From: Thelocarpon superellum | Taxonomy: Eukaryota | Length of the DNA: 56,552 nt | Reading direction: 5' to 3' | Assembly: GCA_026025795.1 (NCBI GenBank) | Contig: JAPEUG010000072.1 | Span: 1 to 56,552, forward strand | Part shown: positions 13,785 to 26,034 of the stretch, piece by piece | Numbering within the stretch: position 1 is the first letter of the stretch | Layout of the letters: each line of letters begins with the position of its first letter | Program-made: the position numbers and the translations under genes | Notes under the pieces: model-generated | Seen by the model: only the letters and a program-made list of their open reading frames with translations | What the model was told of the DNA's origin: nothing | Databases searched by the model: none

Positions 13785-14154
13785 ATGTCCGAGCTTCAAC
13801 TTCGACGCCCGTTTACCGACCTGGGTACGCTTACTGTGAGCGTTCACGGCGTCGGGACGCGATGAGATATGCCGGGCATCCACTCAGGCAGAAACCTGGG
13901 AACGAGTACCTGCGCTTGGCCCCAACGTGACATCGGTTTCGAGACCTGTAAATACCGGTCTGCAGAGCATCGAGTGCAGAGCATCGTGGTTGGCATCGGA
14001 TACGCGAAGAGTCGCCTGTCTTGCAATTGGCTTCCGAGAAGAGAGCACAGAACGCCACGCGCCACCAAAATGAAGGAATCCCCATCCGACTTCTGCACCG
14101 TAGCTAACTGCGAACACTTAAGAGGACCAACGGCCACGGACGGCCACGAACGGC

Positions 14155-14754
14155 CTAGTCGTCATCGTGCATGTCGTCTACCCCCGTGTCATCGATGCCG
14201 GCCTCCTCGTATTCATCCAAGCCTCCGCTCCGTGCCGATGCTCGCGCCGGAGGACCATCGTCATAGGGCAGGCCAGCTCCCCGTTCGCCCTTATCGCGTG
14301 CGTCGGTCTTCGCGACCGCATCGCAAGCATCGATCCACTCGGCGTACACGTCCACGGCGGCGGAGAGATCCATAAATCCCCCAGGTCAGCTGCGATGCAT
14401 ACCATCATGTACGAGGTCGGGAAGTTGTGCAGCACTCACAGTTGATCCCCGTCTGGAAGGACTGCCCGCAGACCTTGCAGGCTAGGTGCCCTGCGCCAGC
14501 CTTTTTGTCGAGCGTCACTGTGACCGACTTTTCATGATTGCAGAACAAACATGGGAAAGAAGTTGCCAGCGGTTCGTTCTTAAAGCAGGGTTGGCAACGT
14601 TAGAGGAGAGAATCGCCACAGGGTGCGCCGGAACGGGGAACTCCTCACTTTTCGGGGCCCCTGAGGCTTGCGTGAGGATTTCTTGCGCTTCCCCTACGAC
14701 CCCAAGTCAGCCCACGACGACCAGACAGTTGTCAGCCTCGAATAAGCTTACCAT
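14155..14754 (-). CDS. ELF1: Transcription elongation factor Elf1 (4 coding exons; the first coding exon is ATG alone)
   Basis: [35 protein letters not shown]...[30 protein letters not shown]. Zinc ribbon present. The last intron needs a GG acceptor (see findings). Confidence 0.9.
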
Positions 14755-15259
14755 GGCTTAAAAGTCAAACGTGCAAAGAGTAAGAGTGGGACTGAGCAGA
14801 TGCCGTCACTACTACCAGGCGAGCGTTGTCGTGAATTATGGCATGCGAGGTTGAGGTTGAAGCAAAGATGCGTCTGATGTTCTTTTAGTCCACCGTACTA
14901 TATTGCTCGGTCGCAGCCGATGTCTTTCCCCACTTGTTCAGTCACAGGCGACCTAAGGTCCATTATTGGCCCTGCGAGTGAACAATCGGGACTTCGACCC
15001 AGGCTTATGTAATCATATGTAATTGGCACGCCTGGGTAGGACAGTTTGTAACACAGCAAGATGACTTACGGGACCCACCCCTCCCGTCGGCCTGTCCTTG
15101 TCTGAGGTGTGAGCGATCCAGGGTTCTGTAGGTTCTTGCCCATGCTCCGTTCCTTTCGGGCTCTCCCCGCCGTGCAGTTTGCCTATCCCATCAGCAAACA
15201 TAAGACCTTCCTCTGGGTATGCATGGTTGTCAACGTGGATATGGCATCGTCCTCCGTCC

Positions 15260-15267
15260 TATATAAA
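15260..15267 (+). promoter_or_regulatory. Candidate TATA box (TATATAAA) of the URC1-like gene
   Basis: Consensus TATA about 170 nt upstream of the ATG at 15439, followed by a pyrimidine-rich tract. Confidence 0.55.
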
Positions 15268-15438
15268 GAGGTCCCCCGCCTCTCCTGAAGCTTCATTCTT
15301 TTCCATCGCTGGTATATCGCAAGAGCACTGTCCAAAACTTGACTTCCACAGGCCGACTGGTAGGGCCTATAGAACTGAAGCCCTGACCGCCCTTACTTCC
15401 CGTCCTTGTGATAAGTACAGTACCCTCCTCCGGTCACC

Positions 15439-17695
15439 ATGGCTTCCTTGCAGAACGTCCCGTCGGACCCCACCGCTGTGCTGAGCGAGATTCTGGCCAA
15501 CCTAAAGTCGCTGCAAATGGAGCACCGGATGCTGTCGTCATCGGTCGATGCCATTAATGGTCGGGTAAACACATTAGCCGGGATCCATCAGGTCAAGGAG
15601 AATGCGGCGAGCAATGCCGTCGCCAGCTCTCCCGCAGTCATAGCCCAGTCCGACGCTCAGATGCCCGAGAGGGCCGAGGAGGTGAGACATCTGCCATATC
15701 CGCCCTCCTCACCCTCGCTTCCCGTCAGCGACGGCGTCGTCGAAGGCGGGCAGCCGATCTCGGCCCTAACGAAGAGACGATCGAGCACCACCTCGCGTAT
15801 CATCTTAACCACCTATCCCGGTCAGTCGGGAATCGATCCCATGGTCATGAACTGGGGCCACCGCGACCCTCTTCTCCGAGGCCCCGTCGTGGTGTCACGT
15901 AACCCCACTACGATCCGCCGCCGAAATGGTAGGTCAATCGTTCCTATCACGGCGCTCTACCGCCATCGATATCAGCTTCACCGCCGAGCAGAAAGGTGCA
16001 TGGGTCAGATGTGTGCATTGGACGCTGACGCCTGACCAGCTATCGGTGCACACGGAGGATCGTACTCGATCTACCATGCGCTGGCGGTGGCGAGTCACGA
16101 GATCAAGAGCGACCACATGCCGGATTTCACCAACACCGAGCCGGCTGCGAGCATCGGCCCCTTCGCGCAGTGGGCAGATGCAAAGAAGATCGTCTCGATG
16201 GACCCGTTGGGTCACCTCGCGCCCTGGCTCTTCAAGGACGACATTGCCGGCGAGAAGGTCGACATTCGGCCCACCATTGCCATCACCAAGGCCCATATGA
16301 AGCTCCCCGAGCTCGAGCAGAGCGTTAAGAGTGGACGTCTCGTGCCAGACGGAAAAGTGTGCGTGAACGAGACGGGCGAGCTGAATGTCACCAAATTTGC
16401 CGTCGAGCCCGTTTGGTACCTCCCGGGAGTGGCGGAACGATTCGGGATTGGTATCATCACCCGACCACCCTCATTTCCCGATGGTGTTCCGGAAGCTAAT
16501 CCGCACGCGGTTGGCTATCTATAGATGAAGGGGCTCTCCGACGATCACTCTTCGAGCACACCGGTGGATCCTACCCAGAACTGATTACGCGGGGCGACAT
16601 CAAGCTCTTTCTGCCTCCCATTGGGGGTCTGACCGTGTATTGCTTCGGAGATCCTGCGAAGATGTCTGACCCCAACGTCCGGCTAGCACTCCGTGTACAC
16701 GATGAATGTAACGGAAGTGACGTGTTCGGTACAGAACCTGTCCGTCTCCACCCGCTCGCCTCTGCTCATCTCCTTCCAAGGCTCCGACATATGCACCTGC
16801 CGACCCTACCTCATCTTTGGCGTCGAGGAGGCGGTCAAGGAGGCACAAAAAGGGGGCAGTGGTGTCGTCATCTATTTCCGCAAAGAGGGACGCGCCTTGG
16901 GTGAAGTGACCAAATATCTGGTGTACAACGCTCGTAAGTCAAACGGACGGGCCCCGTCGCCCTGTATCCCCGTTGGTACCGCGAAGCTCATCTTCTACAG
17001 GGAAGCGCGGGGCAGATCGTAAGTGGAGGTCATGAATATGGCGTTCCCGGACTCAGAGCTCACATGGTCCGAATCCAAGGTGCCAGCGAATATTTCAAGC
17101 GCACGGAGAGCATTGCAGGTGTCAAGGTTGGTTGAACCATCAACTCTCGGAGTTGCAAGCTGAGCAGGGTAATTACCAGGATATGCGATTTCAAGCGTTG
17201 ATGCCCGATGTGAGTCCTATCGAATGCGGCAGATCTTAAGCTCTTACGGGCGATTTCTCATGTCTCGCTTAGATCCTTCATTGGCTCGGGATCACCAAGA
17301 TCGATCGTATGCTGAGCATGTCAAAGTACGTGGATGGCCATTCTCATTGATTTAGGAGTGCTGATGCGGGTGCTCCAGCATGAAACACGATGCGATCGTC
17401 GAGCAGGGGATCCCGATCCATGAGCGCGTGCCTATACCTGACGAGTTAATCCCCGAAGACAGCAGAGTGGAGATCGACGCGAAGATACATGCAGGCTATT
17501 GTAAGTCATCGTCCACCACGAAATATTCCCCGCCGCTGACACGGGAACCAGTCACGACTGGTAAGGTCATGAGCATGGCTGAATTGTCACAAGTTCACGG
17601 CAGGGCTTGGGATGACGTAGACGTGAGTCCCCCGTCCAGCCTCGTCATCCATGCACAGCAACCGGTGGCTGACCGCTCTATCGCTGTAGCATTGA
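15439..17695 (+). CDS. URC1: Urc1/Urg1-type GTP cyclohydrolase II-like protein, uracil catabolism (11 exons)
   Basis: RIILTTYPGQSGI, RRRNAIGAHGGSYSIY, DIRPTIAITKAH, EPVWYLPGVAERFG, RVHDECNGSDVFGSDICTCRPYL, YFRKEGRALGEVTKYLVYNARKR and DMRFQALMPDILHWLGI. Ten GT-AG introns reconstructed, including an 18-nt exon at 17001-17018. Confidence 0.92.
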
Positions 17696-18649
17696 TTGAC
17701 TGTCAGTTACACAGCGACTGGTGATGATTATGTGGTGCGTGGTGACCGTCTACGTGATCTGTTTACTCACCAAGGCCGTGACACCATGGTGCAGCGGTGC
17801 ATCGGCGCATCGGGTGTACCTCTCTTCATGTAATTGAGACTCTCTGCCTTGGATAGCTAGATGAAATTCCTTGGAACGATGCAGAAGCCGTCCGGACTAC
17901 CAAAGTTTCGTCGAATCACGATGTGAGAAATACCGTTATCTTCTGCATGGACGTAGCGTATGGACTGTGGTCGCAATGCCGCACAGACATCGAGCCCAAG
18001 CAAGGCGGGCAGCTGATGCGCAGTCAGGCCACGGAATACGAGACCCCCACGGCCTCACCCCACCCCAAAATCTGACATCATGTATGAAGTACTGGTGGGA
18101 ACAGGCACTCGTCGGGTGAGTCCTGCCGTATCTTGGACAGGCGGAATGTAACGGGGTCCGTGTACGCGCAACCCCCGTCCGCAGGTGGGGCACGACCAGC
18201 CCAACGTTCCCCACTACAGCACATCCTGCATTAGCCCGAGCCCGGGAGACTGTCGCAGCCCAGGCCAAAGACAATCACCGATCTCCACGTCTGCAGACCG
18301 CCCCCGAGTTGAACAGTAGCTACCCGCTCCCGGCCGACCCGACCCATGGACCTGTCATAGCATCGCTATGGTGGGTGGATGGGGGTCAGTGCTGCCCAAG
18401 GATGCCCATCGACGGCCATCGACGCCACCCCTGGGTCGATGGGCCTTACTTTCATCGATGGCTCACCGTAACCCCCCGCACCAGGTGGCGTCAGTCCACT
18501 CCTTTAAATGAGCTCTGTGCAGACCGCGTCCGACCCACCTCACCCCGTTCACTTTTCCTCTGAATACTGCCTGTCGCTCCAGCCGCCTGTTCCTCTTGTG
18601 CTTCAGACGGTCACATGTGCAAGGCTGGGGTGCACAAGCGGTCGTCACC

Positions 18650-19105
18650 ATGTCAAAGCCGAAGTCTAAGCTCCTGCGGCCGACGCTGCCGCGTTCTTCC
18701 ATGAGCCTTCCCTCCGTCGTGTTCCAGTCCTCGTCAGCCTGCCCGCAGAAAGGCGGCCGATCCAGCGGGAGGGATGCCTCGGCCCTGCTGTCACGTTTCG
18801 CCTTGGGCAAGGACGATGCTCGATACACGACGGAGCAAACGCCTCTGTCCAGCTCGCCCATCGCCGTATCTTCGGAATCAACGTATCCCGCTACCTTGAA
18901 CGTATCTAAAGAACGCTCCGACGCGTCGCTTAGCCACTCCAACAGCTACTCCTCGTCTGGTGAGTCTTGGTCCCCTGCCGCCCATCCGGCATCCGGCTCG
19001 CTTCTAAACACACGGGTCCGTTTAGACGAGTACTTCAGCTTTCCCGACTTCGATCAGCTGTACGAACGGAATGAGGACACGTCAGAAAGCGTGCCTGATC
19101 GATAA
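18650..19105 (+). CDS. Hypothetical Ser-rich protein (151 aa) with C-terminal EYFSFPDFDQ segment
   Basis: Single ORF with a good start context (CACCATG). Fills an otherwise empty gap. No recognised domain. Confidence 0.5.
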   Translation: MSKPKSKLLRPTLPRSSMSLPSVVFQSSSACPQKGGRSSGRDASALLSRFALGKDDARYTTEQTPLSSSPIAVSSESTYPATLNVSKERSDASLSHSNSYSSSGESWSPAAHPASGSLLNTRVRLDEYFSFPDFDQLYERNEDTSESVPDR

Positions 19106-19636
19106 TGGAGCTGGCTCGGCGCTGAGAGACGAAGGTGTTGCCATGGGAAACAAACGGATCCTTGGAATAAACTTGGAGCACTTCGACATGGGCATAGGCA
19201 AGGGCACGGGTAAAGGTAGGCGCATGTTTATGGGCAGGGACAGAGGGCGTTCAAGGAAGGGCGTTCGCGGCGTCGCGGTGTGGGATCTCAACATAACAAG
19301 CATCAATCTAAAATAGGTGCTGCTTTGCTACTTTCTTACTATCCAGTGATAGGGCCGCCTGGCTTGACAATGCACCACCTTTAAAGTGTGGATCTGGTGC
19401 TACTGGAGCGCCGTAGCGTAACCTTCGTTCCGGTTCTCACTGCCGAGGTGTCAGCCAATCAAGGCGCCCAACCTTGATTAGGGTAGACCCTTGCCCTACC
19501 TTTCGCTTTAGCGAAGGTTCATTCGACGAAATTCGAGTCGTCCATTTCGCGATACACTGCAAGCCATCGGCCATTATCGCCAGCAAGTGATTGCGACCCA
19601 TCCTTCCTCTCAGTGTCCGAAGGATAAAGCGCAACC

Positions 19637-20715
19637 ATGGCTGTGGGCAAGTGCGTATCCCTTGTTACTGATAGTCCCCTCCGCATCCGCCTCCAAACGT
19701 GGGGAAATCTGGCTCCCGAACACTTTACTGATCGCTCGGCCGCCGCAGGAACAAGCGCTTGTCCAAGGGCAAGAAGGGTCTCAAGAAGAAGACGATGGAT
19801 CCCTTCACCCGCAAGGATTGGTACTCCGTCAAGGCTCCGTCAACCTTCCAAGTGCGAGAGTACGTGTGGCGTTTCGATGGTCCAGCCCTTCCACTTCGTG
19901 CGGGGCGGTGCTGATGGCCCACAGCGTGGGAAAGACGCTGGTCAACCGGACAACGGGTCTCAAGAACGCAAACGACGCGCTGAAGGGTCGGATCTTTGAG
20001 GTGTCGTTGGCGGACTTGCAGAAGGACGAGGATCACGCGTTCCGGAAAGTGAAATTGCGGGTGGATGAGGTGCAGGGCAAAAACTGCCTGACCAACTTCC
20101 ACGGCCTGGACTTTACGTCGGATAAGCTGCGATCCCTCGTCCGCAAGTGGCAGACGTTAATCGAGGCCAACATCACGGTCAAGACGACGGACGACTACCT
20201 TCTCCGCCTCTTCGCGATTGCCTTCACCAAGCGCCGCCCCAACCAGATTAAGAAGACCACCTACGCACAGAGCTCGCAGATTCGCGCCATCCGAAAGAAA
20301 ATGATCGAGATCATCCAACGCGAAGGCTCGAGCTGTACGCTGTCGCAGCTGACGGCTAAGCTGATCCCCGAGGTGATTGGGCGTGAGATCGAGAAGGCCA
20401 CCCAAGGCATTTACCCGCTACAGAATGTACGCAATTTCAACCGACCCTCCTGGTCTGCGGCGTCACCCATGCAGGGACCATATGCTCACGATGCTATAGG
20501 TCCATATCCGCAAGGTCAAGCTGCTGAAGGCACCCAAGTTCGATCTCGGTGCTCTTCTCAATCTACACGGCGAATCAAACACGGATGACCAAGGACAGAA
20601 GGTCAGTTTACCCTCGTCGTTCCAGAACGGTCGCCGCATTCGATCGAGGCGCCATGACTGACATTCGTACTAGGTCGAGCGGGAATTCAAGGAGACAGTG
20701 CTGGAGACGGTGTAG
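19637..20715 (+). CDS. RPS1: 40S ribosomal protein eS1 (S1/S3a), 5 exons
   Basis: [15 protein letters not shown]..., [48 protein letters not shown] and [14 protein letters not shown]. Confidence 0.97.
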
Positions 20716-21296
20716 GGGGGGTGGGGGAGGTCACGAAAGAGCGGCAGGCTGTTGGTCCAGCCGATGCGCATGATCGTCTCAAGTGCAGCCATCAGATGGT
20801 GATGGCAAGCAATCCCAACGCAAATGCATGAGATCAGTCGTAGATGTGACCGTGACGAGGTTTCATACCGAGTTTGCTGTAATTCTTCGGCCCGCAAGAG
20901 ACTCTTTCGACGGGCACCGTGACCAACTAGAGGCGGTAGTTGCAACTGGTCTCTACAAGCGACGCGGTAGAGCAACGTGGGCGAATGACGTCGCCCGGTG
21001 GCCACGGGTACGTCGAAATCAAGTTACCCCTTGCAAAGATGTCGCGATAGACATCATGACGAACATTCACTCTCCGCTAGATGTATCTAGCCCTTCATCC
21101 AATCCACAACCTCCATCCGGACGTGATCTGGTAGGCCGAAGCCTGCTCACTCCCACTCCCTTTCCCTACCATCTCTCCTCCCGCCCATCTCGGATGAGCC
21201 GCCGTGACAGCACCAACGATACCCCGCATCGCCTTACCCCGTCGATACGGCATCAAGCCACGCAGAGCCGCACGGCTGTGCGCGGAGCGCTATCGA

Positions 21297-22218
21297 ATGG
21301 CGTCCGACGAGTCCCTTCCGACTCTGAAGATCCTCTTGATCGGACCGTCGGGAGCTGGGAAGAGCGCGCGTGAGTAGGCGAACAGCCAAGCACAGGCTCA
21401 TTGTATCTACCACCCGGCTAACATCTGCTATGTCATGGCATAGTGCTCATTCGCTACTGTGATGACCTGTTTGATTCGGAGTCTTCGACCGCTACGATTG
21501 GGGTGGACTTCAAGGTTCGTGTCCGGATCAACGGGTGCCCGAGCCACTTGTGGCGGTGCAGCCCTGTTCGGATCTTACGGATCGCTGATGCAGCCATGGG
21601 CTGTCAAAACAATAGTCGAAGAAGTTGTCGGTTCGTGGTCAAGCATACCGTCTGAATCTGTTGGACACTGCAGGGCAGGGTGGGTCGAGCGGATAGGGAG
21701 CAACACTGTGACGAGATGGAGGTACTGACCGTTTGGCCCGGCAGAGCGATTCCGCACGCTGTCGAACAGCTACTACAGAGGCGCACACGGTGTCATCCTA
21801 GCCTACGATGTGTCGAGTCGCGAGAGTTTCTTCACCATGGACCGCTGGTTTGAGGAGGCCGAAGCCAACGCTGTGCCGGGCGTTATCACATATCTGGTAA
21901 GCCTGCCCCTTTGTCTCGTCCGGAATGACCCACTGATCTCGAGCGTATCAGGTGGGCACCAAATCGGACAAGGAATCGTCGCGGGCAGTGTGGACGGAGG
22001 AGGGCGAGGCCCTGGCGCGACGACACGGCTGCTCTTTCTGCGAGGTCAGCAGCAAGACGCGAGCCAACGTGCGCAAGCCCTTTGTCGAGCTGGTCGACCA
22101 GATCGTGAGTAATCCGCAGCTTATGGCTGAGGTCCGACGACGCCAGCGAGGCGGCGCGCTAGACGTGGGCGCCGCGGCTCCGGCCGGTGCGGGCTGGGGT
22201 AGCTCATGCTATTGTTAG
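21297..22218 (+). CDS. Rab-family GTPase, Rab18-like (5 exons)
   Basis: [59 protein letters not shown] and C-terminal CxC (SCYC). Confidence 0.88.
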
Positions 22219-22353
22219 CCTGCTCTCTTGGTTCATCTTATCGGCATTGCATTCATTGGCGCCTGCGGCCGAAAGATTTCGCCTTGGCGAAGATCTTGTA
22301 TTTATGTGACATGCGTGTCTAGTCTGCCTTGATTTCTGCTTCTGCTCTGCTCG

Positions 22354-23482
22354 TCATGCTGGCTCCTGCAAGAATTCAACCACCGCTGCAGGAACTGGTC
22401 AGCCCACTTCCTATCACACGATTTGCTTCCGATCCACGTACCCTTTCGAAAGGCCTCTGGGCTCTCCGAGATGACCCAGTGGCCGGCCTCGATATCTCGA
22501 AGCTCAAATCGCGGGAAGAAGCGGCCGATGACGGGAATGACGTCGTCGGCGATATAATGGCTCTTGGTGCCGCGGATGAAGAGGGCGGGGCCTTCAAATC
22601 GAGCGACGTCGGGGTCTTTGAAGGGAAAGTCCCCCATGTTGTCCAGCGCGGCCGCCAGGATGCGCAGGGGGAGCCGGAACTTGAGAAAGGTCGAGGACGC
22701 ATCACGCACCAGATTGGTCAGCAGGAACTGGCGGATGGGTAAGGAGTCTTCGTAGTGCTTCAGGATCTCGTCAGCCTCGCTCTGCCGCTTCACGTGGGCC
22801 TCTTCGATCTTGCGCATGCCCTGCACGTAGCGCGCAAAATCGTTCTTCAGTGTCGCGTCTATAGGCGCGTTATCTACCGCCACGAGTTTGTCGAGCAGAC
22901 CCGGAGAGCGAAGGGCCACCGTCATGGCCGTCTTGGCACCCCTGGGTCGAGGGTTAGTGGTGGATATTTTGGTCGGCGAAGAATACCGCACATGGAGTGG
23001 CCAATCAGCGTGGGCTTGGTCAAGCCATGTCGCGCCACAAACTGTTCAACATCTTCGGCCATGGCCATGTAGTCATGACGTGAGTCATGCATTGAGTCAC
23101 CATGGTTCCGCAAATCCTGGGGCGATCAGTTATCGCTTCCAATCGCGCGATGGTTGTCGGCTCACGACGGCGTAGACCGATCTCCGGAGATCACGCGCTA
23201 GCGCTCTTGCTGCGCGTGTCAGCAGAGCCTGGTCGCCGCATTCTGCGCCAGCACTCACTTGCTCATGCTGCGATTGTTCTTCTTTGACCCGAAGAGGCCG
23301 TGGAGAAAAATGAGTGGCCCATTGGTGCGGGGCCCGGACGGGTCGGCCGGATCCCAAACATCGTACGCCAGCGACACCTGTGATGGAGCGCGTGGCGACG
23401 CGGAAGCGAAGTGTCGGACGGGTCGAGCGGGGAGCCTGGACGCCAATCGCCACGGGACAGGGCCGCGATGGACAGGGGGCAT
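22354..23482 (-). CDS. Mitochondrial alpha/beta hydrolase, ABHD11/Imo32-like (5 exons)
   Basis: Arg-rich presequence, FLHGLFGSKKNNRS, DLRNHGDS, nucleophile motif GHSMG across an intron, and AGHWVISE. Confidence 0.9.
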
Positions 23483-24071
23483 TGGAACTTGGTCCGACGC
23501 CGCGTCACAGGGTGTGAGAGGGCGGAAAGGAGGGGAAGCTGGTGGAGGATAGTGTCTGGTTGCCTCGGACGAGGCCGAACCCGGGAAAACTGAAGCTCCG
23601 GCCCAGACTGCTGGGTCGACTGACATAAGCTCGGAGGAAATGGGAAAAAGCAAAAAGCGGAAGAAAGGGTATCGGCGGCCATGTGCTGCAGGCTGAACCG
23701 AAACCAGACTAGAGAGCGGGGCATCTCACCGTGCGTCTACCTAGAGCACTGATCTGCAAGGATAAGGCCAGGGCCTGCCAGCCTGTCCGGGTGCGCGTCA
23801 CTATCTAGTGCGGTATGCACCGCCGCTCGAGAGATGACGAGGTGGCAATAGCTAGAGAGGCGGATTCGAGCCTTCGCACGCGTGACACGCATTGCTCAGC
23901 TTCCATCACCCTGCTGGTCCTTTGCACAAGCAGCACCAGACTTGTAAGGCTGTCAACGCCCGTGTAGCCGTGCCAACACCACTGGTCACCGCTGCCGTCG
24001 CGCAATCGTCCCGAGGCAAGCCCCGACGGCGCGACGCTCCGCCACCCCTATCCACGACCGGTGCCCCCATC

Positions 24072-25818
24072 ATGGCATCTCTACTGCGGGCCTCGGTCCG
24101 GGTCCGCGTGGGAACACCAGCTAATCATCTAGCTGTCTGGCGGACCCCTTCGTTCAGTCGCACTATATGTCCCCCTTCTACCCCGCCGGCCGCCGCCATC
24201 CGACCGTTGCGACGCCTTGCAACTGCCACGGCTACCGCCATCATGCCCGACATGGAAGTGGAACAGCCCTTTTTCGCGGAAGAGCCGCGCGGTCCAACGG
24301 TGAAGACGGCCATTCCGGGGCCGAAAGATAAGCAGGCCATCGCCGACTTGGACCGTGTCTTCGACACGCGGAGCCTCAACATGATCGCCAATTACCAGAA
24401 CAGCTTTGGGAATTAGTATGGGCGAGCCACATCCGGCACGGGAGCCCCACGTGCTGACTGGCGGGCAGCATTGCAGATCTGGACGGAAACGTTCTCCTGG
24501 ACGTGTAGGTGACACCTGCTTGGGCGCGGCACCGGCCAATTGCTGACCGCGGGGGTCTAGCTACGCCCAGATTGCCTCGATCCCGGTGGGCTATTGCAAC
24601 GCCACGCTCATGCGCGCGGCCATGTCGCAGCAGATGGCCAGCGCCCTGATCAACCGACCGGCCTTGGGCAATTTCCCCCAGCATGACTGGGCCTCGATCC
24701 TCGAGTCGGGCATCTTGAAGGTGGCTCCCAAGGGCCTGGATCAGGTCTTCACCGCCATGGCCGGCTCCGATGCCAACGAGACGGCCTACAAGGCCGCCTT
24801 CATGTGGCGCCGGCGTCAAGAGCGCGGCGGCCCGGAGGTCGAGTTCACCACGGAGGAGTTGAGCTCGACGATGAACAATCAAGCGCCGGGCTCCCCGCAT
24901 CTCTCCATCCTCTCCTTCAAGTCCGGCTTCCACGGTCGTCTCTTTGGCAGTCTGAGCACGACCCGCAGCAAGGCCATTCACAAGCTCGATATCCCTGCCT
25001 TCGATTGGCCGCAGGCATCCTTCCCCGCTCTCAAGTACCCGCTGGAAGAGCACGTGGAGGCCAATGCGGCAGAAGAGCAACGCTGCTTGGACGAGACGGA
25101 ACGCCTGATCAAAGAGTGGCCGCAGCCGCCGGTGGCGGTCGTCGTGGAGCCCATCCAGTCCGAGGGTGGCGATAATCACGCCTCGCCCGCCTTCTTCCGT
25201 GGCCTGCGTGCCCTCACCAAGAAGCACGACGTCCTGCTCATCGTCGACGAGGTACAGACGGGCGTCGGTGCCACGGGCAAGTTCTGGGCCCACGAGCACT
25301 GGGACCTGCCGGACCCGCCCGACATGGTGACGTTCTCCAAGAAGGCCCAGACGGCGGGCTACTATTTTGGAAACCCCGAGCTCCGGCCCAACAAGCCGTA
25401 TCGGCAGTTCAACACCTGGATGGGCGATCCGACCAAGGCCATTCTCTTCAGCGCCATTGTCGAGGAGATTGAGCGTCTGAATCTGGTGGAAAACACGGCG
25501 CAGGTCGGCAAGTACCTGTACAACGGGCTAGACCAGCTGGCGCACAAATATCCCGACGAGATCCAAAACCTGCGAGGCAAGGGACAAGGCACCTTCCTCG
25601 CCTTTGATTCTCCGCGCCGCGACGAGCTGCTGAAGCAGGCCAAGACGCTCGGTGTCAACATTGGCGGGAGCGGTGCGCGGGCCGTGCGCCTGCGACCTAT
25701 GCTGATCTTCCAGCGACACCACGGCAAGTACATCCTACGCTGCTACTGGGATCCCATGCTGATATTCCTTGCAGCGGACATTTTCTTGGACGTGGTGGAG
25801 AAGCTGGTGAAAGCATGA
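24072..25818 (+). CDS. UGA1: 4-aminobutyrate (GABA) aminotransferase with mitochondrial presequence (4 exons)
   Basis: GSDANETAYKAAF, FHGRLFGSLSTTRSK, EPIQSEGGD, DEVQTGVGATG, PLP lysine in TFSKKAQ, and YRQFNTWMGDP. The last intron is GC-AG. Confidence 0.95.
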
Positions 25819-26034
25819 GCCTCGTGGCTTCAAATTCTCTCGTCCAGGGTTGACCTCGTATGTGGGATTGCACGACTAGTATTCAAGCCCAGTTTCCTAT
25901 TCAGCGGACTGCAGATTTTACTCGTATATCCTCCTGTTCGCGTCGGCCGCATTGATAGAAGATCATAGGCCCATGCACCCCTTGGTCTACTCGTCCAGCG
26001 CCCACGTCGGTATGCATCACCCCGCTTGCGCGGG

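Noticed and set aside
24376..25299. 307-aa antisense ORF within GABA transaminase, and similar antisense ORFs across the window
   Set aside because: Expected from high-GC3 codon bias; no recognisable domains.
24072..25818. GABA transaminase as part of the uracil-catabolism cluster (beta-alanine step)
   Set aside because: It lies over 6 kb away with unrelated genes between, and the URC route is not known to go through beta-alanine.
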